This document shows positions 39,773 through 49,998 of a DNA stretch of 64,000 bases, in pieces. The notes below the pieces were generated by a model. The model ran no database searches, had not been told where the DNA came from, and saw only the letters and a program-made list of their open reading frames with translations. The position numbers were made by a program, and so were the translations under genes. Position 1 is the first letter of the stretch, and every line of letters begins with the position of its first letter. This DNA is from Candidatus Poribacteria bacterium (lineage in GTDB: Bacteria > Poribacteria > WGA-4E > PCPOR2b). The stretch is from the NCBI GenBank assembly GCA_965215015.1, contig OZ244042.1:2912001-2976000 (forward strand). The letters run 5' to 3'.

Positions 39773-41596
39773 TCATTTCTTTTTTAGCACCATTAATGTC
39801 AAATCATCGAAGCGTTGGGCTTCTCCTTGGAACTCTAGTGCTGCGTTATAAATTTCCGCGCAGATTTCGCTAGCGTCTGCGTAGCGTAGTTGGCTCGCAA
39901 GCTCTTCTAACCGTTCTTCATCATACATCTCTTCGTAGATATTTTGGGTTTCGGTGACACCATCAGTATAAAATAATACTATGTCTCCGCTGTAAAGTTG
40001 AATCGTTTCTTCTTCATATTCCGATATCTGACGAAGCATATCGTCAGGATACATACCTATCATTAGGCCGCCTGCCTCTAGCCGTTGTATGCTGCCATCT
40101 TGCCGAATAACGAGGGGGAAGGTGTGTCCCGCATTCAGTGAGGTGAGTTTACCTGTTTCTGGCTGCAATCGTGCGTAACTGAGCGTCGCGTATTTGTCAA
40201 TTGGGCTGCTTTCACGGATAAGGGTATTCAGGGCCATTGCCCTTGCTGGCAGATTTGCTTGCTTAGCAACCTCTGAGAGCACGGCTGCACGAAGTGTTGC
40301 CATCAACAAAGCTGCCTGCATGCCTTTGCCGGCAATATCAGCAATGACCAATCCCCACGAACCATCTGGCTCCTGAATGTAATCATAGTAGTCTCCCCCA
40401 ACGCCGTCATGATGTGGTATACTCATCCCAGTAATTTCATAGCCTGGAATCTCTGGAGACGCTTTTGGCAGAAGATTTTCTTGGATTTTTGCTGCTTCCT
40501 CCATTTCTGCCTGTAATCGCCGTCTCTCAATTGCTTCCTGATAAAGCCTTGCATTTTCGATTGCTACGCCAACTTGTGTAGCAAAGGCTTCAAGTAGAAT
40601 TCCATCTTCATCGGTAAACCCTAATGTGCGGCCGGCTCTACTTTCCTTACTGAAAACAACGAGTATCCCGAGGATTTCGCGTCCAAAAACTGGGACTGCT
40701 ATTAGATTTTTAGCACCAAATAGTGCAGCTGTCTCCTGGTCGTTGTGAATCTGTGTTTTCCCTTCCATTGCGACTTCATGAAGCATAGAAAGTGTGGGGT
40801 GAATTCTCTGGTCAGCTGCTAAAGGAATCGAAAAATATTTCGGGTCAGGGACAAATTTTAAGTCAAGCGCGAAGGGGTTTTTCATTTCAAGCTGCTGTGT
40901 AATTGGGTTAATAAGCATCAGACAACCTGCGCTGGCGTCTAGAAGGTTGACAGCATGATTGACGATTTCCTCCTCCAATTGGTCTGTATCTAATAGTTTG
41001 GCAATTTGGGCAGTTGTGTCGGAAAGCATGAAAAGACGGAATTTAGCGGCGCGCATATCTTCTTGAGAGCGCGAATGTGCAATCGCAACTGAGATATGAT
41101 CAGCAAAGACACTTAATAGTTCTCGAATCCACTCTGCCGCTTTATAATCGCCCAAAAATTCACCAATACTGATGACGCCTAGAAATTCCTCGTGAATCTT
41201 TAACGGAGCCCAGAGGGTTGGATTTAGAGCCTGCAGCTGTGGCTGCATCTCATCCAAAAACGATTTTAAAGAGGAAGGAGGTTGAGAAAAGTCAAGGGGG
41301 GAGCATTGAAGCATGACACCGATTTCATCGGATGTAACCGGAATGGCCAACGCCTCATTCACAGACTCATCTGCGATATTAATTGATGATTCAATACCAA
41401 GCAGACTCTCTGCTGGATTGTAGCGCAATATGGCACCCTTGGCTGCCTGCAATGTCTTAAGAACTATTCGCAGATAGGTCTGGCTTGATGCACCAAAGCT
41501 GCTCTGCCCGGAAACGAGGGCTTTACCAACCTCTCCAATCTCAGATAGACCCAGAATGAGTCGCTGCGTGGTTTGTTCAGCTAAATCAGGCTGCAT
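39773..41596 (-). CDS. GAF-GAF-PP2C (RsbU-like) phosphatase
   Basis: VAIENARLY, VGGDYYD, ADIAGKG, NAGH, FYTDG, DDLT. Confidence 0.9.
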   Translation of the reverse strand: MQPDLAEQTTQRLILGLSEIGEVGKALVSGQSSFGASSQTYLRIVLKTLQAAKGAILRYNPAESLLGIESSINIADESVNEALAIPVTSDEIGVMLQCSPLDFSQPPSSLKSFLDEMQPQLQALNPTLWAPLKIHEEFLGVISIGEFLGDYKAAEWIRELLSVFADHISVAIAHSRSQEDMRAAKFRLFMLSDTTAQIAKLLDTDQLEEEIVNHAVNLLDASAGCLMLINPITQQLEMKNPFALDLKFVPDPKYFSIPLAADQRIHPTLSMLHEVAMEGKTQIHNDQETAALFGAKNLIAVPVFGREILGILVVFSKESRAGRTLGFTDEDGILLEAFATQVGVAIENARLYQEAIERRRLQAEMEEAAKIQENLLPKASPEIPGYEITGMSIPHHDGVGGDYYDYIQEPDGSWGLVIADIAGKGMQAALLMATLRAAVLSEVAKQANLPARAMALNTLIRESSPIDKYATLSYARLQPETGKLTSLNAGHTFPLVIRQDGSIQRLEAGGLMIGMYPDDMLRQISEYEEETIQLYSGDIVLFYTDGVTETQNIYEEMYDEERLEELASQLRYADASEICAEIYNAALEFQGEAQRFDDLTLMVLKKK

Positions 41597-41911
41597 TTAA
41601 AGACCTTTGTTCTGATGTAGCCGCGCACCTAGGGGAAAGAAACCGAGTTTTTCACACGGGAAAATGCCCATCTGTTCGGCAAACTGCGTCAGTCAACAGG
41701 ATAGTAGGTTGTGCTTGAGTGCCAGCTACGGCTTTAGCGAGGACTGCTATATCTCGATTAGAACCTTGGCAGCCAAGCACCTACTATCGCCCTGAATCGA
41801 TACATTTTCTGCGCTTACTTTGAATTTGGTAGCGTGTCTCCTATATCTTCGGTGGTCTAAGACATTGGGAAACAAGTATGTATACATCTGTCTCGACAGG
41901 GAAGGTAATTG

Positions 41912-42262
41912 TTATCCATCAGCAAGTGCGGCAATTGCTTCATCCTCACTGTCGAAATGTTCAAATGTGGAGATTAATCGGCTTCTGATAATGAGACTCT
42001 TGACGTTCTTCTCGCTGACATTGATGACAGCGACTCGTCCACCCTTCTGTGCAATGGAGACATGTGCTCCCAGCAGGGTTCCGAGCCCGGAACTGTCCAT
42101 CACTGAAACATCAGCAAAATCAAATAAAAATTTCGGCGAATTGGAAATTCTTGCATTTTCCTCATTAATCGCCTCACTGAGATCGCGAACAGCCCTTCCG
42201 ATAATCTTGCCCTTGGGTTTTAAGATGATTACATCATCTCTTTGACGAATATCGACAGCCAT
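41912..42262 (-). CDS. STAS anti-sigma-factor antagonist 4
   Basis: FDFADVSVMDSSGLG. Confidence 0.9.
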   Translation of the reverse strand: MAVDIRQRDDVIILKPKGKIIGRAVRDLSEAINEENARISNSPKFLFDFADVSVMDSSGLGTLLGAHVSIAQKGGRVAVINVSEKNVKSLIIRSRLISTFEHFDSEDEAIAALADG

Positions 42263-42517
42263 TGGCTTGCCTCCTATCTCTTGACCTTAATATATGCTGT
42301 CCACCGCCAGAAATTGCGCCTTTCTTCTATCATTTTGGGGCTTCAAACCCATTATTGCACAAAGCGAAACATCTCAGATTAGAGATATTTCACGAAACCA
42401 GCCCTTGAATGAGATTTCAGAACCTGAACGGTACCTGTTGAGGCGATGATCGTTGCCTCCAAAAACGCAATTTTACTTGACGCTGGGTATAATTTTTTGT
42501 TCCACCAAGCATCTTCT

Positions 42518-42546
42518 ATTCTAAAAGAGATATAATTTTTTGTCAA
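42518..42546 (-). promoter_or_regulatory. sigma70-type promoter for STAS 4 and downstream genes
   Basis: TTGACA-17 nt-TAGAAT on the minus strand. Confidence 0.6.
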
Positions 42547-42697
42547 GCCTTTAATTTTTACAGTTAAATGCCACCTTTTTAGGTTAACTTAGGTTTGCAA
42601 GACGATTCATTCCAAATGAGTATTCCGCTTGACAAGGGGTTGTGAGGTATAATAGAATTTATAGAATGGGGAAACAGCTGACAGAAGGGGAGACATT

Positions 42698-43378
42698 ATG
42701 GCGAAAATAAATCAGACGGATGCGACATGGAGTACGATTTTTGATAGAAAGAGTAAAGCGAAGGTTGAGCGGAGCATTATTGATGTTCTCAAGGCGGTCC
42801 CCGTTTTTGAGGAATTGAGCAATCGCGAAATTCAAAATATTGCACGTATTGCCTATCAGCGACATTATAGTGCAGGGGAAATCATTATCCATGAAGGACA
42901 GAATGCGGCAGGGATGTATATTATGGTGGATGGACAAGCAGAGGTCACCAAATCCTTAGAAGATGGTACAACCCTCCACCTAACAACTTTAGAAAATAGC
43001 GGATTATTCGGCGACGTTGGATTGTTGGATAGCTCTCCACGGACGGCCACAGTTACAGCTACCCGTGACTCAAGTATTATCGGCTTTTTTCGTCCGGAGC
43101 TACTTGAGTTAATCAATTCAAATCCAAGGTTAGCGTCCAAGGTGATTTTCAAGTTAGGCCAAATCCTCACAGCACGCTTCCGGTTTATAAACAATGAATT
43201 TGAGAAGGCACAGGCAGAAATTGGTCGTTTGAAGACACAACTTACAGCGGTGTCAGGCACAAATGGGGAGGAGAGAAGCACAATTTTCAATGAAACTGCC
43301 ATCAGTGGATCAGAGGTGAAGGTTAAAGCCCCAGATTCTATTAGTCCTGATGCAGCCGGAGAAAGGGAAAACCAATGA
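42698..43378 (+). CDS. Cyclic-nucleotide-binding domain protein (no obvious HTH)
   Basis: LKAVPVFEEL, IIHEG...MYIMVDG, FGDVGLLDSSPRTATV. Confidence 0.85.
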   Translation: MAKINQTDATWSTIFDRKSKAKVERSIIDVLKAVPVFEELSNREIQNIARIAYQRHYSAGEIIIHEGQNAAGMYIMVDGQAEVTKSLEDGTTLHLTTLENSGLFGDVGLLDSSPRTATVTATRDSSIIGFFRPELLELINSNPRLASKVIFKLGQILTARFRFINNEFEKAQAEIGRLKTQLTAVSGTNGEERSTIFNETAISGSEVKVKAPDSISPDAAGERENQ

Positions 43379-44988
43379 ACGAATCTGGCAGCCAGAATAA
43401 AACGCCGCATCAGTCCATTGGGGAAGCAGCCTCGTCCGGTGCAGTCGAACCTCCTAGTCAAATAGAGACGGAGCACGTACACACACAAACAGCCATACTT
43501 GCAAGAGAGACACTTATTCCGTTGACGCAAAATACTGAGGCAATGACGTCGGATATCCGGTTGATTGCTCGTGAAAGCCGCGAACAGACACGTCAAGCAC
43601 GAGTAGCAAATGCCTCTCTGAAAATCATCGCTTTTGGTACAATACTGATTTCGCTTGCAATTCTGGTCGGCGTTGTCTACCTACTCAAGGACATCCTTGC
43701 GCTAGTAGTGGTCTCGTTCCTAATTGCCTACATTTTTAGTCCAATTGTAGATCTAATTGAGAGAACAGGAATCAACCGGACCCTTGTGGTCATTGTCATA
43801 ACGTTATTAATGCTTAGCGGTTTTGCCGTTCTTTCAACAGTGACTGTTAACAGCATCACCGGACAGATTTGGAAGTTGTTACCACTAACTGTGGAACTGG
43901 ACTTTGAAGATGATTTAGACCGTGGCGAAATCCCGGAGGGTTTGCGACAGAAGTTCGTGGAGGGCGGTGTTACACTCTCTCAGGATGCAATGATTGAGAT
44001 TGAAGAGACGGGTAACAGGTGGAAACTGATCGATACAGGAAATCACCGGACATACGATATTAGAAAAAAAGAAGATCAACTCAAGGTTTACAAAACACTT
44101 GAATATCTCGTAGATCTTGAACATCTTGTCAATTCAGCGACAACAGGATTGAACCGAATCCCAAAATCCCTTCGTACACCCTTGCTCAACTATCTTGAGG
44201 GAACTGAAGATATGAAGGCTTCGACGGACGTTTCTGCGAGAGAGCCCGTTCAAGCCATTGACCGTGAACGAGTGAATGCCCTTATTGAACGGGCACAAGA
44301 CAAAATTTCGGGATTTGTGTTTGGACAATCCCAGTCAATCTTCAATGCAATTAGCACTTCTGCGCGAGGGGCGTTTTCGGTATTTACAACCGGCGTTATC
44401 ATCCTATTTTTAACCTTTTTTCTCCTAAACGGTGGACGACAGATGAAGAAAGCCTTTATTCAGATTGTGCCGAATCGATTCTTCGAGCCCGCTTTGGTGT
44501 TGATTGAGGAACTCGATCGGCAACTAGGAGAATACCTCCGTAGCCGTCTGATTCAGACAATTATACTCTCGATAATTGCCGCAATTGGATACTGGATTTT
44601 GGGACTACGATTTGCACTCCTCATAGGGATTATTGCTGGACTGGCGAATCTGATTCCCTATATTGGTCCATTCATCGGGGCGATTCCTGCAATTATTGTT
44701 GTTTTCCTAGGTGCCCGATTCGGGCTTGGTTGGAGCTTGTTAGCAGTTATCATTTTAACACTTGTGATACAAATCATTGACAACGCCATTATTACGCCAT
44801 TGATAATAGGCAAAAGTGTTGAGTTGGGACCTGTGACAACAATTGTGGTGGTATTACTTGGCGAGCAATTACTTGGCTTAACCGGTCTGCTAATGGCGGT
44901 TCCGATTGCGGCAATGTGTAAGTTAATCATTGAGGAAGTGTGGACCGAATTTAAGGGATATTCACAGTCAATTCTTGTGGGACACTGA
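43375..44988 (+). CDS. AI-2E family transporter with large soluble insertion
   Basis: IAYIFSPIVD, FFLL.GG, ANLIPYIGP, IDNAIITPLIIGKSV.L.P, GLLMAVP; 4-bp overlap with the upstream gene. Confidence 0.88.
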   Translation: MNESGSQNKTPHQSIGEAASSGAVEPPSQIETEHVHTQTAILARETLIPLTQNTEAMTSDIRLIARESREQTRQARVANASLKIIAFGTILISLAILVGVVYLLKDILALVVVSFLIAYIFSPIVDLIERTGINRTLVVIVITLLMLSGFAVLSTVTVNSITGQIWKLLPLTVELDFEDDLDRGEIPEGLRQKFVEGGVTLSQDAMIEIEETGNRWKLIDTGNHRTYDIRKKEDQLKVYKTLEYLVDLEHLVNSATTGLNRIPKSLRTPLLNYLEGTEDMKASTDVSAREPVQAIDRERVNALIERAQDKISGFVFGQSQSIFNAISTSARGAFSVFTTGVIILFLTFFLLNGGRQMKKAFIQIVPNRFFEPALVLIEELDRQLGEYLRSRLIQTIILSIIAAIGYWILGLRFALLIGIIAGLANLIPYIGPFIGAIPAIIVVFLGARFGLGWSLLAVIILTLVIQIIDNAIITPLIIGKSVELGPVTTIVVVLLGEQLLGLTGLLMAVPIAAMCKLIIEEVWTEFKGYSQSILVGH

Positions 44989-45089
44989 ATTTGGATGACT
45001 CGTCCCCCTTTCCAAAATCGACAATGCCGTGTCGATCGACGGAGCTTGACCTACGCCCATTAATCTATATTTGATGGACAACTATTCTT

Positions 45090-46808
45090 ATGACAAACGA
45101 AGAAGTAAAATCCGCGCTGCATCGCGGAACCGCTTTCTTAATGCAGCAGCAAACCCCATCTGGAAATTTTGAAGGGCAACTCTCTGCAAGTACTTTTCCT
45201 ACTTGTGCCTATGCTTGGGTATCCCTTGCCCAAGATCAGTTGCCGGATGACGCATTAATTGATTGGTTGATTAAACACCAGAATCCGGACGGCACATGGG
45301 GCCTTGATGCCGCCAATCAGCCGAACCGAGAAGCCACCTTATTTGCACAACTCATTTTAGAGCAGGTTTGGCAGCGGAAACCCAGTCCGCAAATTGCCGG
45401 GGCACTTGCACGCCTCCCCGGCTATTCGCTAAAACTTGCCTTGATTAAATTATCCTATGCAGCCTTCGGCGAATTCGATTGGAACAAGCTAACATTACCG
45501 CAACATCTGCTCCCTATGGTAGCACTGATGAAAAAGCTGCTGACAAAATTCCCTTTCCTGCAATCGTTCCTCAAGCCGCCGACCCATCTTCTTCCACCAG
45601 TAGACCTCTTCAACACTCCAACTTTTGAGAAGCTGTTTATCGCAGAGCAGCACACGCTCGTGCCTGTTTTTATCCTAATCGAACTGAACACCACGCGCCG
45701 TCCAGAAATCATTGATTCATTGACCAGTTGGCTAAAAGCACATAAGCTTTCTGATAACAGTTGGTTTCGCGTGAACTACATTACAGCATTGTCAGTGTTA
45801 GCACTCATTGAGCTTCAAAAGGCTAAAGCAAATTCCCAAGCTACTTTGGATTCCGAACCATTGGAGCTTACTCAATCAGAGGAGCTCCAACCGTTGATCG
45901 ATGGCGGAATCGCATGGCTGCAATCAACACGCAATCCAGATGGTGGCTGTCGGGAAGCGTTGAATCTCAACATTTGGGATACGGCATTAAGTGTACTTAC
46001 GCTCATCGATATTGGTAATGCAAACGCGAATCACGCTCTTCAACGCGCTGGCAAATGGTTTATTGATAATCAGAATCCGGATGGCGGTTGGGCGTTTTCG
46101 GCGATGGGAGGAGGGGGTAGCCTGCCGAGTGATGCCGATGACACGGCGTTAGCTACACTTGCCCTGCTGCGGTCTAAGATTCCCGACAGTACTGAAGCGA
46201 TTCAGCGGGGGATCGATTGGCTGAAGGCGCATCAAAGTCTTGATGGGAGCTGTAGCACGTATCTTCCCGGTCAGGGCGATGTCGGGTGTGTGAGTATTAC
46301 TGTTCACGCAATCGAGGCATGGTGTGAAGCGACAGGAATGGAAACGCAGGTCGATCGGGCTTGTCAATGGTTGGAAAGTCAGATTTCCAAAGAGGGGTAT
46401 TGGTCAGATCTTTGGCTTGCCAAGCGGACGTATGGAACAGCTTGTGCTATTACCGGTTTAATCAAAGCGGGGAAGACCACCTCACCAACGATTGCGCGCG
46501 GGGTTCGTTGGCTTGAGTCGGTGCAAAATAGCGATGGCGGTTGGGGCGAGGATATGTTCGGTAATTTAACCGATAGCACGGTTGAGCAAACGGGTTGGTG
46601 TACCTACGCCCTATTGCTCGCTGACCCTGAGAGTGCCATTGCCCGGAAGGGATTGGAGTTTCTGCTCGATCGCCAGAGACCGGAGGGCTCATGGGATGCG
46701 AGTTGTGTCGGCATCTATTGGGAGATTATCGGTGGTTATGCCGATCCGATTTATGCTGCGGTTTTCCCCCTGCTCACGCTGAATCAGTATTTGAAAGGTG
46801 TCAGGTGA
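45090..46808 (+). CDS. Class II terpene cyclase (squalene-hopene cyclase-like)
   Basis: Multiple QW motifs (QNPDGTWG, QNPDGGWA, QNSDGGWG, QRPEGSW), IWDTAL, catalytic DADDT. Confidence 0.8.
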   Translation: MTNEEVKSALHRGTAFLMQQQTPSGNFEGQLSASTFPTCAYAWVSLAQDQLPDDALIDWLIKHQNPDGTWGLDAANQPNREATLFAQLILEQVWQRKPSPQIAGALARLPGYSLKLALIKLSYAAFGEFDWNKLTLPQHLLPMVALMKKLLTKFPFLQSFLKPPTHLLPPVDLFNTPTFEKLFIAEQHTLVPVFILIELNTTRRPEIIDSLTSWLKAHKLSDNSWFRVNYITALSVLALIELQKAKANSQATLDSEPLELTQSEELQPLIDGGIAWLQSTRNPDGGCREALNLNIWDTALSVLTLIDIGNANANHALQRAGKWFIDNQNPDGGWAFSAMGGGGSLPSDADDTALATLALLRSKIPDSTEAIQRGIDWLKAHQSLDGSCSTYLPGQGDVGCVSITVHAIEAWCEATGMETQVDRACQWLESQISKEGYWSDLWLAKRTYGTACAITGLIKAGKTTSPTIARGVRWLESVQNSDGGWGEDMFGNLTDSTVEQTGWCTYALLLADPESAIARKGLEFLLDRQRPEGSWDASCVGIYWEIIGGYADPIYAAVFPLLTLNQYLKGVR

Positions 46809-47037
46809 AACAACATCTGAATGGGCTTATGAGTTAGATCCCTTGATTTATTGGGAATTTTATCCGCTTAGGACTGTGGCACATGACAATTACAATCCAA
46901 TCGTGGCATACCTTCGCAGGGGAACCCCGATTTCATCGAGGGTAGTAGGCTCTACGGGACGATTACAGGTTGGGAAACCTATGCCACGGTCGTTTTGCTT
47001 TATATTAACTGCATAATCCTAACGCGGTTCACGTCGC

Positions 47038-47709
47038 ATGATTTCTGTTATTATTCCGGTTCTCAACGAAGCCGAGGTTTTAAACCAATCGCTATCTCGA
47101 CTTACACCTCAGCTAGAAGGACATGAGCTGATTATCGTCGATGGGGGCAGCACTGACGAAACCCCGTTGATTGCGAAAAGGTATGGGCAAGTGATTTCTT
47201 CCGAACGTGGGAGGGCTTGTCAGTCAAACGCGGGTGCTGCTGTGGCAAGGGGAGATATCCTCCTTTTCCTGCACGCGGATGTGTGGCTTGATCCCGGAGC
47301 CATTGAAGGCGTTGAAACCGCAATCTCAGCGGGCTGTGCCGGTGGAGCGTTCAAACAGCGAATTGAAGGAGAACACCCCCTGTATCGGTTGATTGAGCGT
47401 GCTGCCAATTTCAGGGCAAAACGGCTGCGGATTTTCTACGGCGATGGTGGAATCTTCATTCACCGTACCCACTTTAATCGAATTGGCGGCTTCCCTGATA
47501 TTCCGATTATGGAAGAAGTGGGGTTTTCTCGAAAACTCCGTCGGCATGGCGAGGTAACACTTGTTGAGCCGAAGATTTATATTTCTGCGCGTCGCTGGCA
47601 AAAGAACGGCATCCTCCGCACCACCTTAACAAACTGGCTTATCACCCTACTCTATCTGCTACGAGTTTCTCCGAATCACCTCGCAAAGCTGTATCGGCAC
47701 ATTCGGTAA
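47038..47709 (+). CDS. GT2 glycosyltransferase (TIGR04283-like)
   Basis: ISVIIPVLNE, VDGGSTD, LFLHAD, YGD..IF, GGFP.IPIMEE, SARRW. Confidence 0.85.
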   Translation: MISVIIPVLNEAEVLNQSLSRLTPQLEGHELIIVDGGSTDETPLIAKRYGQVISSERGRACQSNAGAAVARGDILLFLHADVWLDPGAIEGVETAISAGCAGGAFKQRIEGEHPLYRLIERAANFRAKRLRIFYGDGGIFIHRTHFNRIGGFPDIPIMEEVGFSRKLRRHGEVTLVEPKIYISARRWQKNGILRTTLTNWLITLLYLLRVSPNHLAKLYRHIR

Positions 47710-47953
47710 TTCGTTGTTTAGATTTTATTGACATTTTGGTGTAGAGATATGAATCTCGACCGACAGGCTATCTGCCAGTATTGAACAGATTGGGAGGGGC
47801 AACGGGCAGGGTGTTGTTGAAAAGCGTAGCTTCTATTGTGTTTGATCGGAATTTGCTTTTACCGTTCAACTCAACTCCGTTCCGAGAGTCTTCGATCTAC
47901 GTACCGTCAAATTAACAAACCTAGCCCCTTGATGCGGAGCCTGAGGTCGGAAC

Positions 47954-49213
47954 CTACTCCCGATACCCCTGCTTTGCCCAAACCTCCTTTGCAAATGTGA
48001 CCGCTGCTTCTGAAGGCTTAATATCACCAAGGATGCTACTTGGTGGTTGATCCTCTTTATTACGCTTTGGGTCCGGGGACCAGTCGTCATTTTCATACGG
48101 CTTACGTGCCGATTCTACGCGAAAATCGGGGACTTCAATTGGAACAGAATCGTTGAGAGCGGACCGCCAGGCGAGAATACCAACAATGCTCATGTCAATA
48201 CCTCGGTAAACGTCCAGATAGGGTTGTTGACCCGTCTGAATTGCCTCCGCAAAGTGGTAAGAGGTAAAGAAATCCCCGCCACCATGCCCTGCGCTTATCG
48301 CCTCGTTATGATGGATTGGAAAGTCTGGTTTGTAAACAATCTCGGTTGGCTCCCCTATATCTTTCTCCCACGGCTCGCGCCAAACACGCAGGCGGTGTTT
48401 GTCACCATGACGGCTATTTTCCATCAGTCCTTTATTGCCGTGGATGCGGACATAGTTTCCGTGCCCACGCAGTGCCCCATGAAGCGATTTCATCACTGCT
48501 CCGTTATCCATTCGACAAATAATAACGCCGCAAGTGTCGCTGCGTTTCATGTGCATGATCTGGGTTAGGTCCTCGAAGTCGTAGGGCACCACAAAGCCAT
48601 TTACCTTCACGGGACGGGTGTCCGTGATGTACATCACCGGTGCGATGGAATGGGTACAGTAGTAAGTGGATGGAATCCAATTTCGCCAGTGATTGACTCC
48701 ACAACTTCGAGCGAGTTTGACTTTAGCAGGATCTGGGTGCACATACTCCCCTTCACCGTACTTGAATTCGCCGATTCGCCCCTTTTTGTACAAGCGATGC
48801 ATCTCCTGATTATAGGCCATATACGGATAGTTCTCGGCGAATAGATAAATCTTCCCACTTTTTTCAAACGCACGCGCTAATTCTACCCCTTCCGCCATTG
48901 TGTGACAGGCAGCGCACTCGCTCATCACATGTTTGTCTGCTGCAAACGCCTTGATTGCGAAAGGCGCGTGTTCGTGAAAATAGTTAGCGAGCACGACTGC
49001 GTCCATGTCGTGTTCGAGGAATTTGTCGTAGTCAGTGTAAGTGGTCACATGGAGTTGATCGCCGACCTGTTTCAGCTTCTCCTCCCACGTATCGCAGATT
49101 GCCACCAACTCAAGCCCGACCGCTGTTGCAGATCGCATAAAGCTCTGCCCGCGCCCTGCACCGATAACTCCCACGCGGATAGGTTTACTCTCCAGCTGCC
49201 ATACGGTTTCCAT
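47954..49213 (-). CDS. Gfo/Idh/MocA family oxidoreductase
   Basis: RVGVIGAGRG, HAPF, KHVMSE, AENY, HGGGDF. Start after GGAGG. Confidence 0.88.
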   Translation of the reverse strand: METVWQLESKPIRVGVIGAGRGQSFMRSATAVGLELVAICDTWEEKLKQVGDQLHVTTYTDYDKFLEHDMDAVVLANYFHEHAPFAIKAFAADKHVMSECAACHTMAEGVELARAFEKSGKIYLFAENYPYMAYNQEMHRLYKKGRIGEFKYGEGEYVHPDPAKVKLARSCGVNHWRNWIPSTYYCTHSIAPVMYITDTRPVKVNGFVVPYDFEDLTQIMHMKRSDTCGVIICRMDNGAVMKSLHGALRGHGNYVRIHGNKGLMENSRHGDKHRLRVWREPWEKDIGEPTEIVYKPDFPIHHNEAISAGHGGGDFFTSYHFAEAIQTGQQPYLDVYRGIDMSIVGILAWRSALNDSVPIEVPDFRVESARKPYENDDWSPDPKRNKEDQPPSSILGDIKPSEAAVTFAKEVWAKQGYRE

Positions 49214-49261
49214 ATCAAATGCCTCCAATAAAATAAGGTAGTTCATGTAAACAGAAAGTGT

Positions 49262-49436
49262 AAAACGCGTGAAACATGAAAACCATTGGTTCACGGGTTC
49301 ATTGATGTAGTCGGGCTAGAAAGCCCGACCTATGGGGCTAATAAAAAAATCCGAAGAGAAATCGTAGGGCCGGGGTTTCCCCGCCCGTACTTGCCAAAAA
49401 GTCGGATTCTGTTGCACAATTTCTTAACATGAGCCT
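49262..49436. repeat. Dispersed ~175-bp REP-containing repeat, copy 2
   Basis: Colinear with 36347-36518. Confidence 0.8.
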
Positions 49437-49693
49437 CATAGAAAACCGATGGAATTTCAACAACACCGGCTTGTGGATCACTTGTGAGATTTCAACCGGA
49501 ATTGCCCCTCCAACCCCAATCGTGATGTGTGGCATTTTTCATCGGTTGCGTTCAACCCAACCCCGTTCCGAGGGGCTTCGACCCACGAGCTGTCAAATGT
49601 CAATAGAACCTAGCAACTTAAGTTAAAATAAAAAACCTTGCGAAGGTCTGAAACCGTCGCAAGGTTGGGATTTTCAACTCAATTTGGCTATAT

Positions 49694-49935
49694 AAACACA
49701 AGTTGCTAGGGAGCCCGTAGGTCAAGTGTCCATACTCGACAAATGCTAGAAGGGTTGCTGTGCTAGGAGCGTTATTTTTTTCGATGTATCGTGCATCAAC
49801 CCAACGCAACACACATATCGCCTCGCTGGGCTTTGAGGGTCGGGCTAGCAGCCCCGCGCTGCCAACTATTAAGGTCAAATAAATAACTTGATCCACTGGT
49901 ATACAGAGGTTATAGCATACGGAGTATGCCTACTA
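49694..49935. repeat. Partial CAAGTTGCTAG-type MITE
   Basis: Shares the left IR and GTAGGTC(A/G)AG REP with 55683-55730, and an internal segment with about 55950-56110. Confidence 0.55.
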
Positions 49936-49998
49936 TTTTAAGTAGATAGACTTCTCTACAGCAAAAACGCGAATATCGAAACACTTCAATCTAACGTC

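Noticed and set aside
42865-43596. Long antisense ORFs (243 aa here, 190 aa at 54946-55518, and many shorter ones)
   Set aside because: They overlap well-supported genes on the opposite strand and show no recognisable motifs; treated as shadow ORFs.
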